DNA of 64,000 nt, from positions 5,890,001 to 5,954,000 of the forward strand of contig OZ176056.1 of NCBI GenBank assembly GCA_964247055.1, given 5' to 3'. The stretch is from Paragordius varius. Its lineage: Eukaryota > Animalia > Nematomorpha. Position numbers and translations under genes: made by a program. Of this stretch, positions 29,127 to 42,538 are shown in pieces. Under the pieces are notes generated by a model, which worked only from the letters and a program-made list of their open reading frames with translations, was not told the DNA's origin and made no database searches. Position 1 is the stretch's first letter. Each line of letters opens with the position of its first letter.

Positions 29127-32100
29127 CTGGATATTTTAATAAAATACATACTATATAATTGATATATCTAATTTAATATATATTGCTAAATCGGTCATAA
29201 ATGTAGTTTATATAATTTAGAGAAAACCCACTATATCTCTCAATCATAAAATATATAATCTCAAAATGATGAGTTTTAGCAGTCGGCCATTTTTAAAGAA
29301 TATTTTGATATAATTTTTTACAACAAGTAGGTAAAGTGTGTGAACATCAGATGTTTAAATAATTCACATTTTTAAATTTAATAATTTGGCTACTTTTGTT
29401 GAAAAAGCTTTCATATAATATATAAAATAAAGTTGAATAATCCATTAGATTGAAATAATTAAATTAAATTTAATTTTTTGAATATAATCGGACTTTCATC
29501 AAAATTTAATTATTTACAGAAGTTAAAAATCATTTTTTAAACTTGACCTCATAGGAGTTAAATATTATGTTTGCAAAATTATTCTGCATTAAAAGATATT
29601 TGCAATTTCACCTAACAAGCAAAATTTACAATTGGGGGTTAATTATCAATCCATTTAAAGAGAATATGTTATTTGTTTTATAAGCGGTGACTATTAAGTT
29701 CTAAGATTACTGTAAAATAAATATTTGGATTTGGGCACCACTGTGCTTATTTTGGTGTTATGTTACATTTTTGAATTAAACCATAAATATGATATCATAA
29801 ATAAAAAATTAATTAGACAATGTTAATCTAAATTATACTGAACCACTGATATAAGAAATATAACCTTTAGCTATTATACGAAAAAAAAATATACCAATTG
29901 TATTAGTATTATTAGCAGGATTGTCCATGTTTTCTTCGTCTTTAAATATTATTTAGAGTAAAGTATTTAATATTTTACATTGTTATATTAACATTAAAAC
30001 ATCATTAATAAAATGCAAGATCTAATAATAAGAATATATTGCAAAAAGGGTTGTGCAGTTATATAGCCTCACACAGTGGCGGAACTATAAATTGTGGGCC
30101 CCCTCCGCAAGCTTTAAATACTGGCCAACCTTTACCCCCCAAAAAATAGTTTGAAGTTATCTTTTCACCTGGCGCCTCACTTAGATTCCTGAACATATAT
30201 AATTAAACTTATCCTACTATGAAGACTAAATTCCTAATTCATAAATGGGACAGCTTAAGTGAAGCTTTCTCTATTTTTGGCATGCTCACATATTCGTTGA
30301 TATAAACACATTGTCAACATATGCGTAGAATACGGGCCTATATAGGAATAGCAGCGGGGAAACTGCTTAAATATAAATTAATTGCTAAAAGTCATTTTTT
30401 CGGAATTCAGATAAATAAATTTTGACATTTGTTTAGTCAGAATAAATTATTTTTATGATAATATGGTTTTTTGATATTATAATAACAGGGCTTCGAACCG
30501 GTTCTAAAAAAGTAGAATTAGAACCGGGCTTTAATTCAAAATGAATCGCTTCCTAAAACAGCAACAGGTTCCAATACGACTTGATAAATATGTATTAATT
30601 AATGTATTGATTAAATGGAACATTAATGTGCGGACCGCCAAGTTTTTAAATTTTGAGAATGGCCCTCTTAAATTGCCGACCACTGTTTTAGTGTGTGATG
30701 AAAGTTTATCGAAATTAACTAAAGATATATTTTCAAAATAACATGAATCTAAGGTTAAAAACGTTAGACAAATAATGCACATTTGTATACCAGCTAACAA
30801 ATGTTAGCCAATTCTCTTAATAATAAAATATGTTAAATAACAATCATTCTGTTAAAATTTAATGAATGTCCTTCGGCATTAAAAAACATTTTTTACAAAA
30901 TTAAGGTTATTCATACATTGATGTAAAAGGAAGGCCAACAATAATGTGAGTTGACCTGCTTAATTTGCATTTATAATCGAATTACACATTTTTTTCAAGG
31001 CAACAACTAAACTTCACAACTATATTTGGGAGTCAACTAGTTAAATTGTTTCAGATATTCATACAGTATAACCTGACCAGTTTTTAGGTGTAAAGCAGAT
31101 AAAATTAACACAAATGATTATCCAGCCCTTTTGAATCAGAAAATTTGAAATGATACATACGCAAAATTGACAAATATTTCAATTTTAAAAATATGACTTA
31201 CACAATGATGTTACTCCTTATCAAAATTAGCAAATCGGAAATATTGTTTTAAAGAAGCAATATTATTTGATTGCGTTAAAGCTATAGAAATGGTTAGGGA
31301 ACCTTATGCGGACGATGGGCCGCGTTTTTAACAGCCCCTTAAAGCACTACCTCTTTAAATCAAAAAATATCTTTTTAAATAATTACTTTTGCCATTATGT
31401 AATATAAAATCTACCAATTAGAGTGTTAGGGTCTTCAGGCTGTTCACTCGATTCCATCTTTTTTTCTTTTGCCACTAAAGTTATTATGAAAAATAAATTA
31501 TTAAATTTATATAATTATATTATAAATCATATCATTATAAGATTTCAATTTTTCTGTAGGATATCTGATAAAAAATTGAAACTTTTTGCATTATCACTGG
31601 ATTCACTGTTATTTTCTTTTGACACGAAAGATATTATTTTAAATGAATAAATTTATATAATTATAATTATAAAATATATCAATATGAGGTTCAATTTTCC
31701 TGTAGAATAACCCTTGCCTCTAAGAATGCAATTAAGCAATTACGCATGATTCAGAAAAATAGGCTGTTAAATATTCTTGCATTTTTTGAACAAAACAAGG
31801 ATGTTAAAATTGAAGAAGAAAATAATTAAAGACATATCATAATAAGTAGTTACAACAAAACCAATTTGTTTAATAATCTTTTTATGATTAAATTAATATA
31901 AAATAGCCTACTAAAATTTTTTCGATATAGTGCCATACCGGTAATGATAACATTATTGCAATCAATATTACTAAACTTAGAATGTGCTTTTAAATATACT
32001 AACAAAATATAGTGCCTCACCATATATCAAATCATAAATAGTAAAAATTCTATGAGCTTTAAGACACTATAACTATTGATGATTTTAGTTACAATCCTTT

Positions 32101-32159
32101 TTTTCAAAGAAAATTTGTATCAAGGATCTTGGCAAAAAATTAATTGAAAAAATAAATAC

Positions 32160-32221
32160 CAGAGATATTATTGGGTTTTACACTCTCTCTAGATTTCATA
32201 TCAGATCCAGCATTTGTTTCT
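32160..32221 (-). pseudogene. Micro-exon copy with altered acceptor, TNAGSDMKSRESVKPNNIS
   Basis: Acceptor tttAGAAG changed to tttAAGAG: first AG gives 62 nt (frameshift), second (GAG) gives in-frame 60 nt; donor intact. Confidence 0.55.
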
Positions 32222-32998
32222 CTTAAAGATTCTAAAATACATAATAATAATTATTATTCAATCAAATTAAATGCTAAATAAATAGCTTAAAATCATAAAG
32301 GGGTTTTTATAAAACTCGTTTTTCGCAACCACACTCAATAGTTTATGAAACTATATTAAAATAATTTTTATTTATTAATACTAGCATCTTAAAGTAATGG
32401 AACATCACCCAATATCCGTATAAATCCCTGTAATGGGTTTGTTTTAACACATATCAATTTTTGCTGGGATTTGTACGAATTTTTGGTTTTTCAAGTAAAT
32501 AATAAAAAAAATATTTTCAGTTTCAGTAAATATTTTTTCAATCAGAGTAATCCGCCATATTAACTGACATTTTATATGATTGCTATATATATAGAAAATA
32601 TCTCCTGAAATGATAATCAATCATAATATCTCAACTTTTATTAATATTTTGTAAATTATCCTTAAATTTCACCTTTTGCCCAATTTCGATTTTCTCTCAA
32701 TATTTCAAAAACTAGGCAAACAAATTAGTTTTTAAATTATGGATAGAAAATTTAAATTGGTTAAAAAAATAAAAATGCGTATAATTAAGGATAATTAAAA
32801 AATATATTGATTTGGATTAAGCTGTTTTATTATTATTCAGAAATTTACAATTTTTCCATAACTTAAAATCATAGTTAGGTTTATGAATACACAGATAAAT
32901 ATCGGGTTTTTTTTTATAACATATTTGATACACAAATTTTTTTATGGAACCATATTAATATTTTTAAAATATAGCTAACGGTATTAAAATATTATTAA

Positions 32999-33541
32999 CA
33001 CTTCGATTCAAATTGGAGTATCTAAATACACCAGACTATATATAAATTGAATTTTTTAAAAAACTACTGAAAGAAATGGTCCCAATTTAAATTTATGCTT
33101 CTATCCTAATAAAAATTATATAAATGGCCGAAATATTTAAATAAAATTTGGTTTTGAAAAAAAAGTTTCATATCAAACTACTTCGACGCCATTTTATTTC
33201 TCTAACATTTTTGCAAAATATCGTGTTTATAAAGCTAAAGTGATAGTTAATTTTTCATTTAAATCACAACTAACATTGATAGAAACAGAAAAAGTGGTTT
33301 ATTTTGTATATATTTAAATTTAGCTAATGCACACATGTCATGTTGACTAAATTTTTACCTTTTAGGTTTTACCTAAAAATAAGTAAAAGCAAGTATTTTA
33401 AAATGAAATTTTTTATATATTTCGGTCCATATTTCAATTTATTCCATATTTTTTGTATTATTTATTTTAAACAGGCCTGGGGTATCCAACTACCCCAATT
33501 TGAATTGTGAAGGACTGAAATGGATGTGTTGTATCCAAGTG
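32999..33541 (+). mobile_element. piggyBac-like MITE (TTAA TSD, CACTT termini); copies 43326-43868, 20611-21173 and 16797-17340 (inverted), fragments 35570-35890, 45910-46230, 60940-61390
   Basis: TTAA|CACTTCGATTC...GTATCCAAGTG|TTAA. Confidence 0.7.
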
Positions 33542-33976
33542 TTAATATATTACACCGTAAAATAATTATATATAAACATAACCGAAAAATAAAGTATTTT
33601 TTCATTTTTTGTTCAATTGGTTTATTAGTCTCTAATAAATTACGTTTTATTTTAGAATTACATGAGTGGGAAACAAATATTTAATTTATACAAAATACGA
33701 TTCTAAGTGGATTAGCAACTAAAAATCCATACAAATTCCAGCAAAACTATCAATTTGTGTTAAAACAAACCTTTTAAAGGGAGGAAGGATTTTTGATTGA
33801 TATTACACTTGTACATCCTATTTTATTTAATAACTAGCGTAAATCAAGGGACAATAAAATAATCCACATATGTGGATTACTACAAAACATTATTTAAATA
33901 TGATTTAATAGGAATTTTAAAACGGTGCATTCATACTAATATATTGTTTACTTGGGGGAAAAATAGATTTAAAAAA

Positions 33977-34922
33977 TTATTTTTGTGGATTTTGTTTTTT
34001 GAAAAAAATGGCATTTTACGGGGGCAGCGGGTAAAAAGAGGAATCAAAAAAGTGAGTCGACTATGTTCGGCGCAAGCGAAAATAAGTAAACAAAAATCAT
34101 ATTTGAAATTGAATGATCCAACACGTTCTCCAGAAAATTGTCTCAAAGACACGATTTTTGTGGACTTTTGTTTTGAAAAAAAACCGTTTTTCACACGGGA
34201 TGGGCCCGAACTGGGAGCCTATTTTAAAAAAAGACCGAAGCTATTTTCGGGGCATTCATTAATGATTATATTTTTTCGATGTTTGGATTTGAATGGGTCT
34301 ACCAGTTTTCCGGTACCAGTTCACAAAGCCAGCATTTTCCATTTTTATAAATATATATATTACCATAAATATGTTTTATTATCCATATATTTTTTAACAT
34401 CCAATACATATAATAGATACTCCTTACTCAGCAGCTATCATCAAAGAAACGCCTGACTAAAATTTTTACCTTTTAACAGGGAATACAAAAAATCCATATT
34501 AAATTTTTACAGTCTCATACCATGGGCAAAAAAATACAATTAAATAATTATTTTTGTGGACTTTGTTTTTTGAAAAAAATGGCATTTTACGATGGGAGCG
34601 GGTAAAAAGAGGGCCTAAAAAAAGTCGACTATGTTCGGCGCAATCGAAAATAAGTTAACAAAAATATCTGAAATTATATGATCCAACACGTTCTCCAGAA
34701 AATTGTCTCAAAGTCACAATTTTTGTGGACTTTTGTTTTCAAAAAAACCTGTTTTTCACACGGGGTGGGCCCGAACTGGGGGCCTATTTCAAAAAAAGGA
34801 CGAAGCTATTGTCGGGGTATTTATTAATGATTATCTTTTTTCGATGTTTGGATTTGAATGGGTCTACCAGTTTTCCGGTACCAGATCACAAAGCCAGCAT
34901 TTTCCATTTTTATAAATATATA
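33977..34922 (+). repeat. Two tandem copies of a ~380-bp GC-richer element (33977-34360, 34548-34922); repeated at 44305-45258
   Basis: Shared atggcattttacg...gggcccgaactggg...ccggtaccag...gcattttccattttt. Confidence 0.8.
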
Positions 34923-35187
34923 GATTAACACTTTATCCCGCTTATGTAAGATACCGAATTAAACCAAAAGAAAATAACTCTATTTTATTATGTTAATTTT
35001 ACTGTGTTATAATATTACGATATTAATAATGCCTTTAGCTAGTAAAAAAATTAATATCTGAACAATATTAAATAGTCTGTTTTAGATAATATTAATGTTA
35101 TAAATATACAAATCAAACTCCAAATTAATTAGAATAATAAAATTGGTGTTAATGCAAAAATGGAAATATGTTTGAAATTTAATAATA

Positions 35188-35303
35188 TTAGTTATTAATT
35201 GACAGATAGTATATACATACTGCTATCTGGCAATTATTAATGAAAAATACTGTTAGAAACAAAATTATTGAAATGAACATACCATTAGCATGATTATGAT
35301 GAT
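35188..35303 (-). CDS. His micro-exon (D)HHNHAN (35283-35303) with in-frame hydrophobic read-through GMFISIILFLTVFFINNCQIAVCIYYLSINN*
   Basis: tctttttAG|ATCATCATAATCATGCTAATG|GTATGT; duplicate of 45525-45640. Confidence 0.55.
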
Positions 35304-36313
35304 CTAAAAAGACAATAAAATATATAATAATAACAATCTATACAAATGACGTTTAAATATGAGCAATTTATGTTAATAGTTGAGAAATATTAATTTCCAA
35401 AAAATTGGTTTTGTTCCATAAATGCAATTTTACTAATTTTTGTATCGTTGAAAAAAAATTTATCAATCAGATTTGTATGAATTCGTGAGTGAAAATAAAC
35501 ACAAAAAACTGATTTTAAGCATTCATATATTTTTTAGTTTCCAGTTTAAGTTTCATCAAAGTAGCGCTTACTTTGATTCAAATTATTTTAATAGCCCAGA
35601 CTATATTTAAATTGATATTTCAAAACAACTACTGAATGAAATTGCCCTAATTTAAATTTATGCTTCAATATGAATTATAAAAATAGGCCGAATTTTTTTA
35701 AATTTTGTTTCGAAAAATCTATATTAAACTATTTTGACACCATTTTTATTTTACCAAATTGCAAAATATCGTATTTATTTGATTTTTAAGCTAATTTAAG
35801 TAATTTTTTGATTTATAACACAAACATTGTCAGAAAAAATAGCTTTTTACATTATTGTTATATTTAGCTAATAAACACATGTCATGTTTTATTTAGAAAT
35901 CCTACATGAGTGGAGTTATCAAGTATATAATTTATGATAAATAAGTTAAAGTAATGGAATATCAACCACAATCCGTACAAATCCCTGTAACATGTTTCAA
36001 CACAAATTAATATTTTTACTGGGATGTGTACGAATATTTGGTTGATTTTCCACTACTTTCCTATATTGTATAAATTTTATACTTTGATCTCCCACTCATG
36101 TAAGATCCCAAAATAAAACAGAAATTTTTTATACGCTCGCTGAATATCCTTAATTTTCACTCTTTGCCCGATTTCTATTTCTCAATATTTCATTTAGGCC
36201 GTAAACAAATAATAGTTTTTACGGCAAATGAATAAGCTGTCATAATCTATCTCATAAAAAAATTTTTTGTTAACAATTACAAAGATATAATATAAAAATA
36301 AATGTCATTATAC

Positions 36314-36355
36314 CCATTTCACTTCCTGATGGTGGAGTTGTTACTTTGGATGGCA
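36314..36355 (-). CDS. Phase 1-1 micro-exon, (V)PSKVTTPPSGSEM
   Basis: ataataacAG|TGCCATCC...GAAATGG|GTATAA; 42 nt, P/S/T-rich, GC island in AT-rich intron. Confidence 0.7.
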
Positions 36356-38674
36356 CTGTTATTATAAAAATGTATTTTTGTAAATTTATAAAATATATAA
36401 ACTTAGCATATTATTTAAGAATTTGTTATTAATTAAATACCATATTACAATTCTTAAATTCATAATATCTTAGAACTGAAAATGGAGAATGTTGTGTGTA
36501 TAGTTTTTAAAAATTTAATTTAGAAAGAGAAGTATTAAGACCATAAAATAAAAATATATATAAAATTTAGAATCTATATCTATGCATTTTAAAGGAACCT
36601 ATCTTGATTTATTAAAATATAAAATAAATATATCAGTAATAAAATCAAATTTGCAAATGCTGTTGTAAAAAAGTATATGACGTTACACCATTTTTATATT
36701 TGTTAATATTATATTTTTATAAGTATTTTTCTTTTTACTGATCCACAAAATTATTTCGTAATAGGCATATGAAAGAGGATTGAGCTTTAATTTGATGGAT
36801 ATTTTGTAATGTTAAATTTTTATGTTAACATTTGAAATATTGTTGTTACGTATTTAGATGCGGAATTATGTGGATTTTTATACTTAATAATTAAATAAAT
36901 AGTAAAATGGGTATTTTAAAATTAATATTTTAATTCATAATTAAATTTAATAATTAATATTTTTTAACATGATAAATACTTGTATTAACCGAAATTGGTA
37001 AAATTATTTTATATAGTTGTTATTACTAATTATAAAACACTGGTTAATATATATATGTGACTATTTAAGTAGATTTTAGATTGTTTTTGTTTTTATGTTT
37101 TTCATTGTCAATTTTAAATATTCAAACATTTTCATCAGGTACCCAAAAAAATCGTATGAAGTTATCTTTTGACCTGGCGCCTCACTTAGATTCCTAAACA
37201 TATATTTAAACCTATCCTACTATGAAGATTAAATTCCTAATTCATAAGACAGCTTGTTAAGTGAAGCTTTCTCTATTTTTGGCATGCTCACATATTCGTT
37301 GATATAAACACATTGTCAATATATGCGTAGAATACGGGCCCATCTAGGAATAGCAGCGGGGAAACTGCTTAAATATAAATTAATTGCTAAAAGTTATTTT
37401 TACGGAATTCGGATAAATAAATTTTGACATTTGTTTAGTCAGAATAAATTATTTTTTATGATAATATGGTTTTTTGATATTATAATAACGGGGCTTCGAA
37501 CCGGTCCTAAAAAAGCAGAATTAGAACCGTGCTTTAATTTCAAAATGAATCGCTTCCTAAAACAGCAACAGGTTCCAATACGACTTCATATATGAAATAA
37601 TGTATTGATTAAATGGAACATTAATATGCGGACCGCCAAGTTTTTAAATTTTGAGAATGGCCCTCTTAAATTGCCGACCATTGTTTTGTTACTCCTTATC
37701 AAAATTACGAAATCAGAAATATTGTTTTAAAGAAGAAATATTATTATTTGATTGCGTTAAAGCTATAGAAATGGTTAGGGAACCTTATGCTGATGGGCCG
37801 CGTAGCCCCTTAAAGCACTACCTCTTTAAATCAAAAAATATCTTTTTAAATAATTACTTTTGCCATTATGTAATATAAAATCTACCAATTGAAGTGTTAC
37901 GGTCAGGCTGTCGACTCGATTCACTCTTTTTTTCTTTTGCCACTAAAGTTATTATGAAAAATAAAGTCTTAAATTTATATAATTATATTATTAATTATAT
38001 CATTATAAGATTTCAATTTTTCTGTAGGATATCTGATAAAAAATTGAAATTTTTGCATTATGTAAATTATCTCAGTAGGCCTAGTGATATGTTCAGGCTA
38101 CCACTGGATTCACTGTATTTTCTTTTGACACGAAAGATATTATTTTAAATGAATAAATTTATATAATTATACAAAATATATCAATATGAGATTTCAATTT
38201 TCCTGTAGGATAACCCTTGCCTCTAAGTATGCAATTAAGCTATTACGCATCATTCAGATAAATAGGTTGTTAAATATTCTTGCATTTTTTGAACAAAACA
38301 CCGAATTCGGATGTTAAAATTGAAGAAGAAAATAATTATAGACATATCATAATAAGTAGTTACAACAAAACCAATTTGTTTAATAATCTTTTTATGTTAA
38401 AATTAATATAAAATAGCCTACTAAAATTTTTTCGATATAGTGCCATACCGCTAATGATAACATTATTGCAATCAATAATTATTACTAAACTTAGAATGTG
38501 CTTTTAAATATACTAACAAAATGTAGTGCCTCACCATATATCAAATCATAAATAGTAAAAATTCTATGAGCTTTAAGACACTATAACTATTGATGATTTT
38601 AGTTACAATCCTTTTTTTTCAAAGAAAATTTGTATCAAAGATCTTGGCAAAAAATTAATTGAAAAAATAAATAC

Positions 38675-38734
38675 CAGAGATATTGCCAGGTTTTACACTC
38701 TCTCTAGATTTCATATCTGATCCAGCATTTGTTT
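38675..38734 (-). CDS. Micro-exon (E)TNAGSDMKSRESVKPGNIS using second AG of a NAGNAG site
   Basis: Canonical TAG mutated to TTG; downstream AAG gives in-frame 60-nt exon; donor GTATTT intact. Confidence 0.55.
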
Positions 38735-39961
38735 CTTCAAAAGATTTTAAAATACATAATAATAATTATTTTTCAATCAAATTAAATGCTAAATCGGTCA
38801 TAAATGTATCATAATTTTCATTCAACTCACTAATTCTAAAATTTATCATAAACAGGTTAGTTACACATTTAACCTAACAATCAAACTTTACAGTTGGGAT
38901 TTATTATAAAACGTTAAATATCCAGTCAAAGATATCAATATATAGAGTCTTATATTTATTTGTTTTATAAGCGACTTTTACCGTCATGTCATCTAAGTTA
39001 TTGTAAAATTATTTTTTTGGATTTGGGTATTGCCCTTATTGCTGATATTACATCATATTTTTCTAAAATTGCTTATATATTAATTATGCTAAAAGAAAAA
39101 TACGATTTTTTGATCTAAGTTATTATCAGATAATATCATAATTATTTAATATCTCAAGTTTTATCATTTTATTTTTAATTATGGTTATTTTTCATTTTTT
39201 GCCTAATTTTGATTTTCTATCAATATTTGAAAACTTAGTCGTTTATATAAAAATTTTCTGGCAAAAAATTCGCTGGTTAGAACTTCATGAAAAAAAAATA
39301 GATATAAAAATTGACCTTCTTTTTTACACACAGTGAAATAGTTGTTAACTAATTTATATCTATAAATATTTTTAAAGATTATTTAATAATATGCCGTAAA
39401 TTGGCTTTTCGATTAGCAATCACAAATTGGGAATAACTTTCTTTAATCTTAGGGCCCCCTATAACAATTTTCTTACAGATTTTTACGAGATTGTATATCA
39501 TCATTTTGTGTTTAAAAATTAAAAATTCGCATATAAAAGATTAAATTTGAGCCATGTCAAAAATTAAATTATTTAGGCATGGGAATCATGTATTAAATAT
39601 TACATTAAAATTATTTTTATTCAAAAAAAACGATTAATATATCTATAATCCAAACTTCTCAAAACTTAATATAAAACAAATAGCCTACTAAAACATTTTA
39701 CGCTAATGATACCTATGAATTTTTACATAAATATTGTGCCATCAAAACTCAAATGTGTATTTTGGCGAAAAATATAGTAGAATGTGTTTTTGAATTCAAT
39801 ATATATATTAAATAATTTTAATAGCTTAACATATCTCAAATTATAAATTTTAAAAATTGTATGATCTCTAAAACACTGTAATTATGTTGATTTTAGTTGC
39901 AATCCTTTTTTAAGATAATTTGTGAGAAACAATCAAGAAAAATAATTAGATAACTATATAC

Positions 39962-40015
39962 CAGAGATATTCTTTGGTTTTACGTTTTCTTCCATTCTAG
40001 ATCCATTTGTTACTT
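39962..40015 (-). CDS. Phase 1-1 micro-exon, (E)VTNGSRMEENVKPKNIS
   Basis: aaatccAG...ATCTCTG|GTATAT; 54 nt, open. Confidence 0.72.
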
Positions 40016-42475
40016 CTGGATTTTATAATACATAATATATAACTAATATATCTAAGTTAAATATTGCGAAATCGGTCATAAATGTAGTTTTTATAATTTT
40101 CATACAACCCACTAGATATCTCAATCGGAAAATATAGAATAAATCAAAATGATTTTTAGTAGTCGGCTATTTTTGACGAGTAAGTAAAGTGTGTGAACAT
40201 CAGATGTTTAAATAATTAACATTTTTGAATTCAATAATTTGGCTACTTTTGAAAAAGCTTTCATATAGTATATAAAATAAAGTGTAATAATCCATCAGAT
40301 TGAAATAATTAAATTAAATTTAATTTTTTGAATATAATCGAACTTTCATCAAAATTATTTAAAGAATTTAAAAATTATTTTTCAAATTTGGCCTCATCGG
40401 AGTTTAATAAGCAAACTTAACAATTGGGGGTTTATAATTATCAATCCATTTAAAGAGAATCTTATGTTATTTGTTTTCTAAGCGGTGACTTTTAAGTTCA
40501 TGTCATCTAAGTTTACTGTAAAATAATTTTTTGAATTTGGGCACCACTGCCCTTATTTTGGTGTTATGTTACATTTCAGAATAAGACCATATGATAATAT
40601 AAATAAAAAATTAATTAGATAATGTTACTCAAAATTATATTTAACCATTAATATAAGAAATATAACTTTTAGCTATTATACGAAAAAAATATACCAATTG
40701 TATTAGTATTATTGTTAGCAGGAACATTGCCCATGTTTTCTTCGGAATCTTCAAATAATATTTAGAGAAAAGTATTTAATATTTTACACTGTTATATGAA
40801 TAAAACATCATTAGTAAAATGCAAGGTGTAATATTTATCTGAATATATTGCAAAAAGGGTTGTGCAGTTAAAATATGCCCTTATAGCCTCAGACAGTGGC
40901 GGAACTATAAATTGTGAGCCGCCCCGCAAGCTTTAAATACTGGCCAACCTTTGCCCCCCAAAAAATCGTATGAAGTTATCTTTTCACCTGGCGCCTCACT
41001 TAGATTCCTGAACATATATTTAAACCTATCCTACTATGAAGACTAATTTCCTAATTCATAAATGGGACAGCTTGTTAAGTGAAGCTTTCTTTAATTCGCT
41101 ATATTCGTTGATATAAACACATTGTCAACATATGTGTAGAATACGGGTATATCTAGGAATAGCAGCGGGGAAACTGCTTAAATATAAATTAATTGCTAAA
41201 TATTATTTTTTAGAATTCGTATAAATAAATTTTGACATTTGTTTAGTCAGAATAAATTTTTTTTGATAATATGGTTTTTTGATATTATAAAAACAGGCCT
41301 TCGAACCGGTCTAAAAAAGTGGAATTAGAACCGGGCTTTAATTTCAAAATAAATCGCTTCCTAAAACAGCAACAGGTTCCAATACGACTTCATAAATATG
41401 AAATAATGTATTGATTAAATGGAACATTAATGTGCGGACCGCCAAGTTTTTAATTTTTGAGAATGGCCCTCTTAAATTGCCGACCATTGTTTTGTTACTC
41501 CTTATCAAAATTACGAAATCAGAAATATTGTTTTAAAGAAGCAATATTATTTGATTGCGTTAAAGCTATAGAAATGGTTAGGGAACCTTATGCTGATGGG
41601 CCGCGTAGCCCCTTAAAGCACTACCTCTTTAAATCAAAAAATATCTTTTTAAATAATTACTTTTGCCATTATGTAATATAAAATCTACCAATTGAAGTGT
41701 TACGGTCAGGCTGTCGACTCGATTCACTCTTTTTTTCTTTTGCCACTAAAGTTATTATGAAAAATAAAGTCTTAAATTTATATAATTATATTATTAATTA
41801 TATCATTATAAGATTTCAATTTTTCTGTAGGATATCTGATAAAAAATTGAAATTTTTGCATTATGTAAATTATCTCAGTAAGCCTAGTGATATGCTCAGG
41901 CTACCACTGGATTCACTGTATTTTCTTTTGACACGAAAGATATTATTTTAAATGAATAAATTTATATAATTATACAAAATATATCAATATGAGATTTCAA
42001 TTTTCCTGTAGGATAACCCTTGCCTCTAAGTATGCAATTAAGCTATTACGCATGATTCAGATAAATAGGCTGTTAAATATTCTTGAATTTTTTGAACAAA
42101 ACACCGAATTCGGATGTTAAAATGAAGAAGAAAATAATTATAGACATATCATAATAAGTAGTTACAACAAAACCAATTTGTTTAATAATCTTTTTATGTT
42201 AAAATTAATATAAAATAGCCTACTAAAATTTTTTCGATATAGTGCCATACCGCTAATGATAACATTATTGCAATCAATAATTATTACTAAACTTAGAATG
42301 TGCTTTTAAATATACTAACAAAATGTAGTGCCTCACCATATATCAAATCATAAATAGTAAAAATTCTATGAGCTTTAAGACACTATAACTATTGATGATT
42401 TTAGTTACAATCCTTTTTTTCAAAGAAAATTTGTATCAAAGATCTTGGCAAAAAATTAATTGAAAAAATAAATAC

Positions 42476-42538
42476 CAGAGATATTGCTAGGTTTTACACT
42501 CTCTCTAGATTTCATATCAGATCCAGCATTTGTTTCTT
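42476..42538 (-). CDS. Phase 1-1 micro-exon, (E)ETNAGSDMKSRESVKPSNIS
   Basis: atctttAG...ATCTCTG|GTATTT; 63 nt, open. Confidence 0.72.

Larger units (their letters stand above)
900..31200 (+). repeat. Tandem array of diverged ~4-5 kb intron-plus-micro-exon units
   Basis: Recurrent ordered motifs gattttagttgcaatcc, gaacatcagatgtttaaataa, gggcaccactgccctt, ccatttaaagagaatcttatg, each seen 7-12 times. Confidence 0.85.
31210..36735 (+). repeat. Segmental duplication block B, near-identical to 41490-47082
   Basis: Colinear at ~10.3-kb offset, including shared MITEs and exons. Confidence 0.92.
37141..41490 (+). repeat. Segmental duplication block A', near-identical to 2700-8160 minus the TA-MITE
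   Basis: Colinear throughout; MITE 6378-7506 absent here. Confidence 0.92.

Noticed and set aside
33872-34456. Longest ORF in the track (194 aa)
   Set aside because: Overlaps a repeat element; the near-identical duplicate at 44199 is broken to 62 aa; no domain-like pattern.
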